Virus record (IMG/VR): IMGVR_UViG_3300022927_000015
Coordinates: 1 to 64,000 of that record
Strand: one strand, 5' to 3'
Source: a virus
DNA: 64,000 nt
The notes beneath the pieces were generated by a model. That model had not been told where the DNA came from, made no database searches, and was given only the letters and a program-made list of their open reading frames with translations. Both the position numbers and the translations under genes were made by a program. Of this stretch, positions 1 through 9,318 are shown one piece after another; position 1 is the first letter of the stretch; each line of letters opens with the position of its first letter.

Positions 1-385
1 TTGTGGTCCTTGTGGACCAGTTTCACCTTGTGGTCCTTGTGGACCTACGTCTCCTTGTGGTCCTTGTGGTCCAGTTTCACCTTGTGGTCCTTGTGGTCCA
101 GTTTCACCTTGTGGTCCTTGTGGACCTACGTCTCCTTGTGGTCCCTGTGGTCCAGTTTCACCTTGTGGTCCCTGTGGACCTACGTCTCCCTGTGGTCCTT
201 GCGGTCCAGTTTCTCCTTGTGGTCCCTGTGGTCCAGTTTCACCTTGTGGTCCCTGTGGACCTACGTCTCCTTGTGGCCCTTGTGGTCCAGTTTCACCTTG
301 TGGACCCTGTGGTCCAGTTTCACCTTGTGGACCCTGTGGTCCAGTTTCCCCTTGAGGTCCTTGTGGTCCTTGAGGTCCAGTAGCA
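1..385 (-). repeat. Tandem 27-nt (9-codon) collagen repeats GETGPQGPQ / GDVGPQGPQ
   Basis: Repeated ggtccttgtggtccagtttcaccttgt and ggacctacgtctccttgt units are directly visible. Confidence 0.95.
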
Positions 386-1029
386 CCAGTTCCACCACCA
401 CTACCACCAGTAGCACCAACATATCTAAAACCTGTTATATAAAGGTCAAATCCACCTGGGTAATTACCACCACTATTGCTACTTATTGCTGCCTGTAAAT
501 CATTGGCAAGGAATAAGAGACCCATATCATAATTAAATACCCAGCCTACATAACCTGGTGTAGCGTCTTGTTCAGCTGTTGTAGTTATTTCAGCAAATGT
601 ACCAGGTGCTCCACTAGGATCTCCACTATATAGTCTTACGGAATAGCCAACTGATGGGTTACCGTTTGATTGAGGTATAGATGCTGGCTGAATCCAATTT
701 TGCTTTACTCCTGATGATGGGGTATTTAGAGTATTGTAAGCAATCCATGTAGCATCAGCACCAACTGTAACTCTACTTAACTGAACAGCGCTGGCGGCAG
801 CAGATAAGTCTTCTATATTTGTTGGATCTGCTACGGCATTTGATTGAGCTATAGCTAAAGATCCTGCAGAAGGTATTAATGAATAGTCAGTTAAAATTCT
901 CTCAGGTAAAACCTTTGGGCTGAATGATAACTTGGACTCATACCACCTTGCACCAGTATCTGCATCAATAACCCCGCCGGCTTGTACCTTAAAGGTTAGC
1001 TTATTTACATCAGTTGTACTAAATCCCAT
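1..1029 (-). CDS. Collagen-like (Gly-X-Y) virion fibre protein, partial (runs off the window start)
   Basis: Not in the ORF track. ATG at 1029 reads [33 protein letters not shown]... and continues in frame into [18 protein letters not shown] repeats up to base 1. Confidence 0.85.
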   Translation of the reverse strand, partial: MGFSTTDVNKLTFKVQAGGVIDADTGARWYESKLSFSPKVLPERILTDYSLIPSAGSLAIAQSNAVADPTNIEDLSAAASAVQLSRVTVGADATWIAYNTLNTPSSGVKQNWIQPASIPQSNGNPSVGYSVRLYSGDPSGAPGTFAEITTTAEQDATPGYVGWVFNYDMGLLFLANDLQAAISSNSGGNYPGGFDLYITGFRYVGATGGSGGGTGATGPQGPQGPQGETGPQGPQGETGPQGPQGETGPQGPQGDVGPQGPQGETGPQGPQGETGPQGPQGDVGPQGPQGETGPQGPQGDVGPQGPQGETGPQGPQGETGPQGPQGDVGPQGPQGETGPQGPQ

Positions 1030-1069
1030 CTAATTAGTTTTCTTTTTATATTTATTAAGTTTCAATTGC

Positions 1070-3268
1070 TTAACCTGATTGTGATGTCCCGTCGCTAAAT
1101 ACTAATGTAGCCACGATTTGATCAATTCTTACAGCCGGGTTTACTATTTGTATTTCTACATAAAATCCTTCATACGCGTTACTACCACCAAATGTACCTG
1201 TAATAGTATTACTTGGGGTGGTTCCTGTTCTACACTGTGCAGAACCATTCACAGCATCTACGCTAAGTGGTATTGCACCAGCAGGATCATCTGAATAATT
1301 TCCACTATTAAATGCAGCACCATGTAATGAATGAGGAACTGCACTATGACCAACATTAGTTGAAACTGGCGCAGCGGCTTTTCTTATATAGATTCTAATA
1401 TTTTCATTTACTAAATCATTATACGCATTACCGCTTGCAAAAGAACCAGTAAAGGCTAACTCAAAACTTGCTATAACTTTAAGAGGTTGGGTAGTAGTTT
1501 CAAATAATCTGTGATAAGTTGCAGTATCAGTATATCCTGAGTAATTTGGATTTGCCCCACCTTCGTCAGGCTGATATGCAGTTAGGTTATTGATAATTGT
1601 TGCATATGCTGGACTATTTCCATTATCAGCAAAGAATTTATCAGCTCTTATCAGATTACTTCCTACTACACATGCATCATCAAACGGACTAAGTGAGCCT
1701 GTCTGATTTGATATTCCACTACCTAATGCAGGTACTGAATTCCATGTAGTATATGATGAAGATCCTCTTGTTAACCTAAACTCCTCATCATCAAATCTTT
1801 CTCTTAAAGAATTTGAATTACCTGTTGTACTATAAGTATCTACCAGGATAGCATAAGGGCTACTTGAATCTGTTGGGCCAGTGCCCCAAGGATCATATAC
1901 ATTAGCAGTTGCAGTTGCATCAGTATTACGGAATCTCCAATTACTTGAAGTTATAGCCCAATCATTATAATCATAATTAACGTTCTGTACATTATACTGA
2001 TTAGTCCAATTTACCATTGTCCCAACAGAAGGATTCCATGCCTCTAATTGTAAAGTAGGTAATCCCCAATCAGTACCAATTGTTCTAAAGTTCCATAATG
2101 CTGCATTAGCACGACCCTGTGTATTTGCATTAAAGTTATCTATGTCAGTTACATCAAGTAAAAACTTAGACCCAGCTACATAGTATTCTACCCCACTCAA
2201 GTGTTTACTTATAACGCTACCTGCTTTTTCAACAACAGTTATGTTACCATTAATTGCAGGGGTACTTAAGTTAGTATCAAAGAATACATCAGATTGTGTA
2301 TATGAATGAGTACCTCCGCCATCGGTTGCAGTATCAGTTATCATAGAAGCAAATACATGGTATCTTCCACCATCTCTTCCATTACTGGCCAAGATATCTC
2401 CGGCTATAACCGTTATATCAACCTCAGCCTTCCACTTGGATGTATCTGCTGCATAATTTGAAATTTGAACAGTTATATCGCCACTTAGGCTAGTAAAGGT
2501 CTGGTTCTGATATAATGCATTAACAGTAGACGTATCAAATGTCTCTAGTACATTTACTCCATCAGCATCATATACTGTTACTATAATTTTGGCATCTCCA
2601 CTGGCATCTCCACTAAAGCCTGTTACCTGTTGGGCCGTTGAAAATAATATAGACCCGTTTCCTGAAGTATATGCAGGTTGGTTAGTTCCTGCCCAGCCGT
2701 TTGTTGCAAAAGGTGTACCTTCTGTGGTAGGTGAACTAATTCTAACAATTCTCTCTGTTATATTATCAGTCACAGTACCGTTTGTTGTACCATCGGTCTT
2801 ATTAAAGTGAGATGCAAAGGTTGGAGTAGGAATATAAACATTTACCTTCCCTGGTGTACCACTGTCTTCAGCTAATACATCATCTCCTATAAAGTTAATA
2901 GTTTTATATGTACCTACTGCAATACCTTCATCTTGAACATGAACACCGGCAAACGTTAGTTCATTACTTCCATTAATAATTATATTGGTTTGTGAATTAT
3001 CTAAGTTAATTGATACTTGATCATTGGATCCTATAGTTGTAATATCAATACCAGGACCTGCAATAACAGGAGATCCACCACCGCCACCGGTTGAAGATAT
3101 TGTTAAAGTATCACCGCTTGGAGTAGTAACCTTTGTAATAGTAACATTGGATCCGGCAACAAGTGTAGGGTTATACGCAGAGTCTATGAAGTCTTTTAAT
3201 GACGCTTGTGTCATTAAATCTCCAGCCTCAAAAAGTGCCTCTAATTGATATTTTGGTATTACAGCCAT
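1070..3268 (-). CDS. Putative virion structural/fibre-associated protein (732 aa, Gly/Thr/Ser/Asn-rich)
   Basis: Long ORF with beta-rich composition, repeated AGSNVTI/AGPGIDI motifs, adjacent to the collagen gene. Confidence 0.6.
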   Translation of the reverse strand: MAVIPKYQLEALFEAGDLMTQASLKDFIDSAYNPTLVAGSNVTITKVTTPSGDTLTISSTGGGGGSPVIAGPGIDITTIGSNDQVSINLDNSQTNIIINGSNELTFAGVHVQDEGIAVGTYKTINFIGDDVLAEDSGTPGKVNVYIPTPTFASHFNKTDGTTNGTVTDNITERIVRISSPTTEGTPFATNGWAGTNQPAYTSGNGSILFSTAQQVTGFSGDASGDAKIIVTVYDADGVNVLETFDTSTVNALYQNQTFTSLSGDITVQISNYAADTSKWKAEVDITVIAGDILASNGRDGGRYHVFASMITDTATDGGGTHSYTQSDVFFDTNLSTPAINGNITVVEKAGSVISKHLSGVEYYVAGSKFLLDVTDIDNFNANTQGRANAALWNFRTIGTDWGLPTLQLEAWNPSVGTMVNWTNQYNVQNVNYDYNDWAITSSNWRFRNTDATATANVYDPWGTGPTDSSSPYAILVDTYSTTGNSNSLRERFDDEEFRLTRGSSSYTTWNSVPALGSGISNQTGSLSPFDDACVVGSNLIRADKFFADNGNSPAYATIINNLTAYQPDEGGANPNYSGYTDTATYHRLFETTTQPLKVIASFELAFTGSFASGNAYNDLVNENIRIYIRKAAAPVSTNVGHSAVPHSLHGAAFNSGNYSDDPAGAIPLSVDAVNGSAQCRTGTTPSNTITGTFGGSNAYEGFYVEIQIVNPAVRIDQIVATLVFSDGTSQSG

Positions 3269-3279
3269 TTATACCTTAT

Positions 3280-3657
3280 TTATTTTGTTTGAAGAAGATC
3301 CATAAACTTATCAAAGGATAAAAGTAATACTTTCTTCTTCTTTTTCTTTTTTCCTGTTGGGATATCGCCACTACCGACGGTTTGGCTTGCAAAAGAATCC
3401 ATAGAACCAGGATTTCCAGGAAGCTCAACAGCTCCCATACCTTGTACATTCATATTAGGATTTACTGTTACTGCATCCTCGTCTACTTTATCAGGTAAAC
3501 CTTCTTCTTTGGTTTCTGCATAGTCTTTTAAATCTTTCTCTGGTAATTTAGAAAGATCTTTAACTTCATCAGAAACTTCAGATGCAGCAAGCTCCCCACG
3601 TTTAAATTGGAGAGCCAGAGCAAATAGTCTTCTTTGTGCTTTACTTTGTGCCGGCAT
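3280..3657 (-). CDS. DUF3008-like small protein
   Basis: MPAQSKAQRRLFALAL..KRGE...EKDLKDYAETKEEGLPDKV resembles the DUF3008 pattern (MPAKSKAQ...KRGE...FAST K.KGLP). Confidence 0.7.
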   Translation of the reverse strand: MPAQSKAQRRLFALALQFKRGELAASEVSDEVKDLSKLPEKDLKDYAETKEEGLPDKVDEDAVTVNPNMNVQGMGAVELPGNPGSMDSFASQTVGSGDIPTGKKKKKKKVLLLSFDKFMDLLQTK

Positions 3658-4787
3658 TATCTTAAATTTTTCTTAAGCCATTTGGCTACATATTTTTCTA
3701 ACTCTTTATATGCACGAGGTACATCTTCATACTCGGTAGCAGGGCCATTTTTCCAGTCTTCCCAAGCAGCTTTAATACCATTAAGAGGTTCATCAATTTG
3801 CATTAGTTCAATATACTCTTCATTCAATTCCACACTTTCCTCGATGTTAGCATGTTCGTTTAGAGATTTTAAATTTTCCATCTTTTTACTTTCTTTTACT
3901 GGTTGTAGAATATCTTGTAAAGTTTTATAAAAACTATGTATACTCTTTGGTGTCATTTTCTTAAATGTCTTTTCATCATCTATCTTAAGGGCATTACGAA
4001 CTTTGGATGCTGATATGTTATCATCAGTTCTAAAGATTTCGTATCCACTAAAATCTGGATCTACTCCTAACTGCTCTCTATAAGAATCTTTATTGATCAT
4101 TGAATCATACGCATTCTTTCGGTCAGTTCCATAACCCCACATAACCGGTTCATAAGTTGGCCTAGCAGCAGCAAAGAGAGTATCAATTGCGCCATTAGGA
4201 ACCACGATTGCAGTTTCTAGGAAGGGATACTGTTTAGCCATTTTAGCAAACATAGCCTGCTGTAAAGTTTCATCAAAAGGTCTCTTTTCAGGATCTGGGT
4301 TTTTACCTCTTACTAAAAATACAACTACAGGCAAACCGTTTTCCTTATACATTTTTTCAAATACTTTAACATGACCTAAGGTAAAAGGTTGGAATCTTCC
4401 TACAAACATGTTTACCTTTTTCATTCCAGGTTTTGGATGAGGTACCTTTAGTGCTTCATTTATAGTTTCAGTTTTTGTAGCCTTTCTAATTCTATGTCCA
4501 TAGGGAGAAAGTGAATATCTCTTAATACCGCTTTCATCTTCGCTAATATTAAAAAGACCTAAGTTTCTTTTAAGCCATTTCTTATGAGCTTGGATTTCTG
4601 CAAGAATTGTATTAACCTCATCCTCAGTTAAATGACCATCTGCAACCGCATCTAAAATAGCGTTGCGTACTCTTGCTGATGTTGATACATTTTTTGCTGG
4701 ATACTTTTCTGTATACCTTCTCTTAACCGTTACCTTCTTTTCTACTATGAAGTTATCTAATTTATTTAGATTTTTCATTATATGCAT
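3657..4787 (-). CDS. HxGH-class nucleotidyltransferase (cytidyltransferase/NMNAT-like) with N-terminal winged-helix-like domain; start may be 4778
   Basis: FVGRFQPFTLGH motif, GTDR and ISASKVR signatures; the N-terminal ~110 aa ends in YSLSPYG. Confidence 0.8.
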   Translation of the reverse strand: MHIMKNLNKLDNFIVEKKVTVKRRYTEKYPAKNVSTSARVRNAILDAVADGHLTEDEVNTILAEIQAHKKWLKRNLGLFNISEDESGIKRYSLSPYGHRIRKATKTETINEALKVPHPKPGMKKVNMFVGRFQPFTLGHVKVFEKMYKENGLPVVVFLVRGKNPDPEKRPFDETLQQAMFAKMAKQYPFLETAIVVPNGAIDTLFAAARPTYEPVMWGYGTDRKNAYDSMINKDSYREQLGVDPDFSGYEIFRTDDNISASKVRNALKIDDEKTFKKMTPKSIHSFYKTLQDILQPVKESKKMENLKSLNEHANIEESVELNEEYIELMQIDEPLNGIKAAWEDWKNGPATEYEDVPRAYKELEKYVAKWLKKNLR

Positions 4788-4797
4788 ATTTTTTTAT

Positions 4798-7700
4798 TTA
4801 TTTATCATTTACAAACCTTGTTGGTACAGGATTAGAAGGTCGGCCGTCACAACTCCAAGATCCTGCAGAAAATGCAAAATTTAATCTAGCGAGCTTATTT
4901 ACCCCATCTGTTCTATTAACATCAAGACCTTTAGTTTTAGTGTATTTGTATTGTTCATTAACAAACAGCTGTTCATTAACATTTTCATTATACACCGATG
5001 CATACATTTCACCTTGATTAAAATATGACTCCAATTTTTTCTTTAGATTTTCTCTATCTGATCCCTCGCACTTAGGCTTACTAAGAATATTTTCAACAGC
5101 AGAGTTAACTGATTGATCTCTTCTCTTTTTAAAGCCTTCATCATTTAAATCAAAATCATATTTTTCTGCAATTTCTTCGATTCTTTTTGCTGCTTTATCA
5201 ACATCACCGAACATAAGTTCATTATATACTTTATCTTTATCAGATAAATCTGATAAATCATTCTTTATTTCATCAGGACTAATCTTTTCACCTTTCTTAT
5301 TAGTAACTTCATTAAATGAAGATTGATCTGTTTTTACACCAGATGCTGATGCACCACCTGCACCTTTCTTAATAGACCTAGCCTCTACACCGTTATAGAT
5401 TAATTGCATCTTTCGCTGTATTTCTTCTGGTGAATCTTTTTCAAAATCTATTTTCTCGGGAGATATTGATATTATGTCACCTAGTGGATAGTTTGACTGA
5501 GCTGGCATATATACTTCATTACCTTTATTCAATTCACTCATATATGTTACCATTTCAGCAACATCTGCAGTTGCGCTATCAAAAAATGGATCGGCAAACA
5601 TTTCCTCGGTAAGTCTATGCAATTCCTTATCATATTCTTCAGGATCTTTAATATCTTTAAGATTCTTAAAATCATTTAAAATCTTAGTCTGTGATTTTGA
5701 TGGGGCATTTCCTGTCTTTTTAAATTGTTCCTCAAATCCTTCTACTATAGAATCCGCCGTAGCATTTTTTAGCTTATCTCTGTTTTCTGGTGATGAAGGT
5801 GGAGTATTAGGAACCGGTTCTATGATTGACATTTCACCTGACTTAAATGAGTTCATTGCAGAATCAATAATGTTATTTCTTCTCTCTAAAAACTTTTTTG
5901 CCAAATCAGCATCTTCTTTAGAACCATATACCTTTAATAGCTCATCATCTGAAGGTATTTTAGTTTTTTGTATTTTACCACCACCTATTTGAATGCCATC
6001 TTCTAATACTTCAGTTTTTACGTTTACAACTTTTTCTTCACCAAATATTTTAGCAGCTGTCATTTCCTTTCTGCCAATCTTTCCACCTTCAGGTGAGAAG
6101 TTTTCCAATCCAATTTCTTTCATTAAATTGGTTATTTCAGAAGGACTACCAGAACTTGGTACTAAAAGTTTTCTTGGAAGACCTGTTGCTGATGTGTTTA
6201 AATACATTTTTGTAGCCTTTGCAGTTACACTATTTCTTGCAATCAGCCCTGCATCATTTAATGCTTGTATTGCTTCAATCTTATCTTCTTTTGGTGCATT
6301 AGGATCATTAATAACATTTAATGTATCTAATACCTGTTCTGCATTTTCTTTTTTATCTGGATCTTTAATCTTTTCTATTTCATCACCTACTCTATTAGAT
6401 AATTTAGATATCTTTTCACTTGCACCTTCTTGTGGCTGTTCGTCTGCCTCCTTATCTTCTTTACCTTTAGGCTCTACTATTTCATGCTTTTTAGGGTCTG
6501 GATTTTTAACTTCGTACTCATCTCCAGTTTTCTTATTTCTTACTAAGGTTTTGCCATCTTCCTCTACAATAACTCTACCTAAATTGATAAACGAATTGTA
6601 ATTAAGTACCTTTTCCTCAACTATCATTTCTTCAGCTGTTGGTAAAAGAGATTCATTGGTTGACTTAATCTTTAAATAATCATCAAAAGTCTTAAACGAA
6701 TCATCGTCATTTGGTTGTATGACATCAATTACTTTATCTACCATTTGGTTAAAATCATTAATGACAGATGGTGTCATAATGTTTCCTCCGTTTTTTCTTT
6801 TCTTTTTTAATGATCCTAACATTATCTTAAATAGATCTTTAAGTTGTGGATTTTCATTAAGTATATCTTTAGTTCTTTGACTTGGTATTAATTCTACATT
6901 AAGATCAAATTCATCACCTTTTGCAAACTCGGCTTTTTCAATATCAATCTTTGTAATATCCTTACCTCTCTTAGTTACATAGTCATTAAAAATATTTGAC
7001 ACCATTTCAATGTATCTCATATCTTCAGTATCTCCTAAGATCTCATGTTTCTTAATTCCTCTTTCTTCAATAAATGCTAAAAGATCCAATAAGATAATTT
7101 CATTAATATCAGCGGGTGCCTTTCTTAAATCAATAGGTTCCTTATCTTTCATAAGGTTAACTGTATAAGGGTCTATTAGCTTAGCTGCAACGTTTTGTCT
7201 AGTCCCGGCCTTATAGAACTTAAATATTATTGATTCAATTGGTTTCTTTAAATCGTGTTGTAAAGTAGTAGATTGGATAGAAGGATTTAAAATTCTTAAA
7301 AGATATTCTGCAAATGAATTAGTATTAAAGATTTCTGCATGATCCTCTTTAGGTGTATTTAAGAACTCTTTGATTTTTTGTTTCTGATCATCTGTTAGAT
7401 AACCTTTAAATAGAGGCAATAGTGGAGTAACACCTAATGCATTTGACCAGTCATTAATAACTCTAGGATCTTCAATAACTTTCATAACATTACCGCTAGG
7501 TGCCATAACCTTAATATGAGTAAGAACCAGATGATTCTTAGGCATTCTATCATATGTTATTACACTGGGTTGATTATTAACAAAATATTGAAAACAGAAT
7601 TTCCAGTTTTCAGGTATACTATTAAAGTTTTTAGAAACTACCGATTTAATGTAACTGATGGGTTTTTCATAATAGACCATAAGTGTCCTATCAATTAGGT

Positions 7701-7866
7701 TAATAGGTCTTTGGTTTCCACCTTTATAGAATTCCACGCCATCACCCTTTCGTTGAAAAGAAAAAGAAGATCCGGATAATTTTTCTGTTACTACAAGGTA
7801 GTCCTTAAAAAGATCATCTATAAGTTGCTTTCCTGAATCTTTATAAATCTGAGTTAACTCTTTCAT
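4798..7866 (-). CDS. Multidomain protein: degenerate RNA-ligase-like nucleotidyltransferase N-domain plus C-terminal possible PD-(D/E)xK-like domain
   Basis: VVTEKLSG (motif I-like), LGVTPLLPLFKG, PIESIIFK (motif IV-like), AAKLID; C-terminal YPLGDII...SIKKG. Confidence 0.5.
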   Translation of the reverse strand: MKELTQIYKDSGKQLIDDLFKDYLVVTEKLSGSSFSFQRKGDGVEFYKGGNQRPINLIDRTLMVYYEKPISYIKSVVSKNFNSIPENWKFCFQYFVNNQPSVITYDRMPKNHLVLTHIKVMAPSGNVMKVIEDPRVINDWSNALGVTPLLPLFKGYLTDDQKQKIKEFLNTPKEDHAEIFNTNSFAEYLLRILNPSIQSTTLQHDLKKPIESIIFKFYKAGTRQNVAAKLIDPYTVNLMKDKEPIDLRKAPADINEIILLDLLAFIEERGIKKHEILGDTEDMRYIEMVSNIFNDYVTKRGKDITKIDIEKAEFAKGDEFDLNVELIPSQRTKDILNENPQLKDLFKIMLGSLKKKRKNGGNIMTPSVINDFNQMVDKVIDVIQPNDDDSFKTFDDYLKIKSTNESLLPTAEEMIVEEKVLNYNSFINLGRVIVEEDGKTLVRNKKTGDEYEVKNPDPKKHEIVEPKGKEDKEADEQPQEGASEKISKLSNRVGDEIEKIKDPDKKENAEQVLDTLNVINDPNAPKEDKIEAIQALNDAGLIARNSVTAKATKMYLNTSATGLPRKLLVPSSGSPSEITNLMKEIGLENFSPEGGKIGRKEMTAAKIFGEEKVVNVKTEVLEDGIQIGGGKIQKTKIPSDDELLKVYGSKEDADLAKKFLERRNNIIDSAMNSFKSGEMSIIEPVPNTPPSSPENRDKLKNATADSIVEGFEEQFKKTGNAPSKSQTKILNDFKNLKDIKDPEEYDKELHRLTEEMFADPFFDSATADVAEMVTYMSELNKGNEVYMPAQSNYPLGDIISISPEKIDFEKDSPEEIQRKMQLIYNGVEARSIKKGAGGASASGVKTDQSSFNEVTNKKGEKISPDEIKNDLSDLSDKDKVYNELMFGDVDKAAKRIEEIAEKYDFDLNDEGFKKRRDQSVNSAVENILSKPKCEGSDRENLKKKLESYFNQGEMYASVYNENVNEQLFVNEQYKYTKTKGLDVNRTDGVNKLARLNFAFSAGSWSCDGRPSNPVPTRFVNDK

Positions 7867-7918
7867 TTGCTTATTTTTGATTATCAGTTTATATATTCTT
7901 TAGATTATAACCATATAG

Positions 7919-7946
7919 AAAAAGGGCGGTTATGTAGTCGCCCTTT
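7919..7946 (-). terminator. Rho-independent terminator
   Basis: The minus strand reads AAAGGGCG-ACTACATAAC-CGCCCTTT-TT: a GC-rich stem followed by a U-tract, downstream of 8033..9304. Confidence 0.75.
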
Positions 7947-8032
7947 ATCATACTTTATAGCAGTTAGAGTATATACCCAAAACTCAAATGTTGGCTCCCT
8001 CTAGAGGTAAGCAATATAAGAATCCAGTCTAT

Positions 8033-9304
8033 CTATCTTCCGTACTTAATAATACCTAATAATTGATTAAGTGGAGCAAAAGCACCAGTTAATTTATATA
8101 GCTTTCCGTTATATCTAAAGACAATACCTTCGCTTGGATAAATTGAATCAAGGCCACCGATTCGGTCAAGTTTAGCCAATTGGTCTTCAACCTTTTTAAT
8201 TTGATCAACACCGCCACCTTTTCTAATTTTAGTAGTTTCAGTATCAAGATAAGCTCTTAATCTTTGTGCTTCATCAGATGGGTTTGCCGCAACAAAATTA
8301 CTTGCATTCCTAATAATAGTAGCACCAAGCTCCAGGAATAGATCTTCAAAAGGTCTAATGTTTTCTTTATACTTTTTCTTAACATCTTCTTTATCATACT
8401 TCTTAACTAATGCAGCTTCATCTTTTCCGATTTGCTTTTCAAGAGATCTCATATTTAAGCTTTTCTTATCGCCGTACGCCCATCTCCGTAAAAGCCCTTC
8501 CTTAACATCTTGTGAAAGGTTAGGAAAGTCTGCATCAATCAATTCTCTCCACCACATTTCATGGTAACGAGAAACTTCATCACCGTCATTTAAACCATAA
8601 CGATTTTGTAATGCAATAACTTTATCTTCAAACCTTTTCTTATTAGCGCTAAAATCAACATCTCTTTGTAGTTGAAGTATTCTAGGTGGAATAATCTTAA
8701 ATGTTTTACCTATATCAGATTTTACTTTGGCTAAGATTTGTGGAATTTCTTTAGCAGGTCTACTATCCGTATCTAAGATATTCCCATCACCATCTGTTTT
8801 TGTAATATTATGAAATTGAATAACATCAGTATCATAGTTAATTACATTAGGATTTTTAGAATAGATAAGCTCCATATTCATAAAGTTCTTACCATTATCA
8901 AAAATCTCTTCTTGTTTTGGTTTAGGCAATTTAACTAAAAGACTAGCAAGATCTTTAGCAGCAAAAGTAAATGTATCTCTTACCATAGGAACATCATGAG
9001 ATTCAAACTTTGATACGAATTGACTAAGACTCATAGGATCTTTTGTATCACCTGTATTTCTGGCAAACATAACATTACCATCTTTCATAGTAACAAATAA
9101 GTTTTGCCCATCGGTCTTTTCAATAGGATCCTCTTCAAAGTTCAATTCCCCGCGAAGTCCTGCATCAACGATCTTTTTAAAGTCACCGAAGGTTAATCCT
9201 TTATCATCATACGGATGGCTCATATGACCAGCTGCTCCGCCTTCAAAAAGAAATGGCTGGCTTTTATCGGCCAGCCATTCTTCAAACAATTTAATATGTT
9301 TCAT
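8033..9304 (-). CDS. ATP-dependent ligase-fold nucleotidyltransferase (DUF6267-like phage protein)
   Basis: EGGAAGHMSHPYD N-terminus, EKTDG (motif I), MNMELI, SEGIVF (motif IV), LYKLTG (motif V). Confidence 0.7.
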   Translation of the reverse strand: MKHIKLFEEWLADKSQPFLFEGGAAGHMSHPYDDKGLTFGDFKKIVDAGLRGELNFEEDPIEKTDGQNLFVTMKDGNVMFARNTGDTKDPMSLSQFVSKFESHDVPMVRDTFTFAAKDLASLLVKLPKPKQEEIFDNGKNFMNMELIYSKNPNVINYDTDVIQFHNITKTDGDGNILDTDSRPAKEIPQILAKVKSDIGKTFKIIPPRILQLQRDVDFSANKKRFEDKVIALQNRYGLNDGDEVSRYHEMWWRELIDADFPNLSQDVKEGLLRRWAYGDKKSLNMRSLEKQIGKDEAALVKKYDKEDVKKKYKENIRPFEDLFLELGATIIRNASNFVAANPSDEAQRLRAYLDTETTKIRKGGGVDQIKKVEDQLAKLDRIGGLDSIYPSEGIVFRYNGKLYKLTGAFAPLNQLLGIIKYGR

Positions 9305-9318
9305 GTAATTAGTTTATG

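Noticed and set aside
1-385. Possible CRISPR array
   Set aside because: The repeats are contiguous 9/27-nt codon-phased units with no unique spacers; they encode collagen.
1-498. Plus-strand ORFs 1..498 and 3..383 with SLW/VVL repeats
   Set aside because: They are antisense shadows of the minus-strand collagen Gly-X-Y repeats, which lack stops in other frames.
5993-6601. 202-aa plus-strand ORF and other plus-strand ORFs nested in long minus-strand genes
   Set aside because: Ser/Phe/Leu-rich antisense translations of K/E-rich genes, with no promoter motif or recognisable domains.
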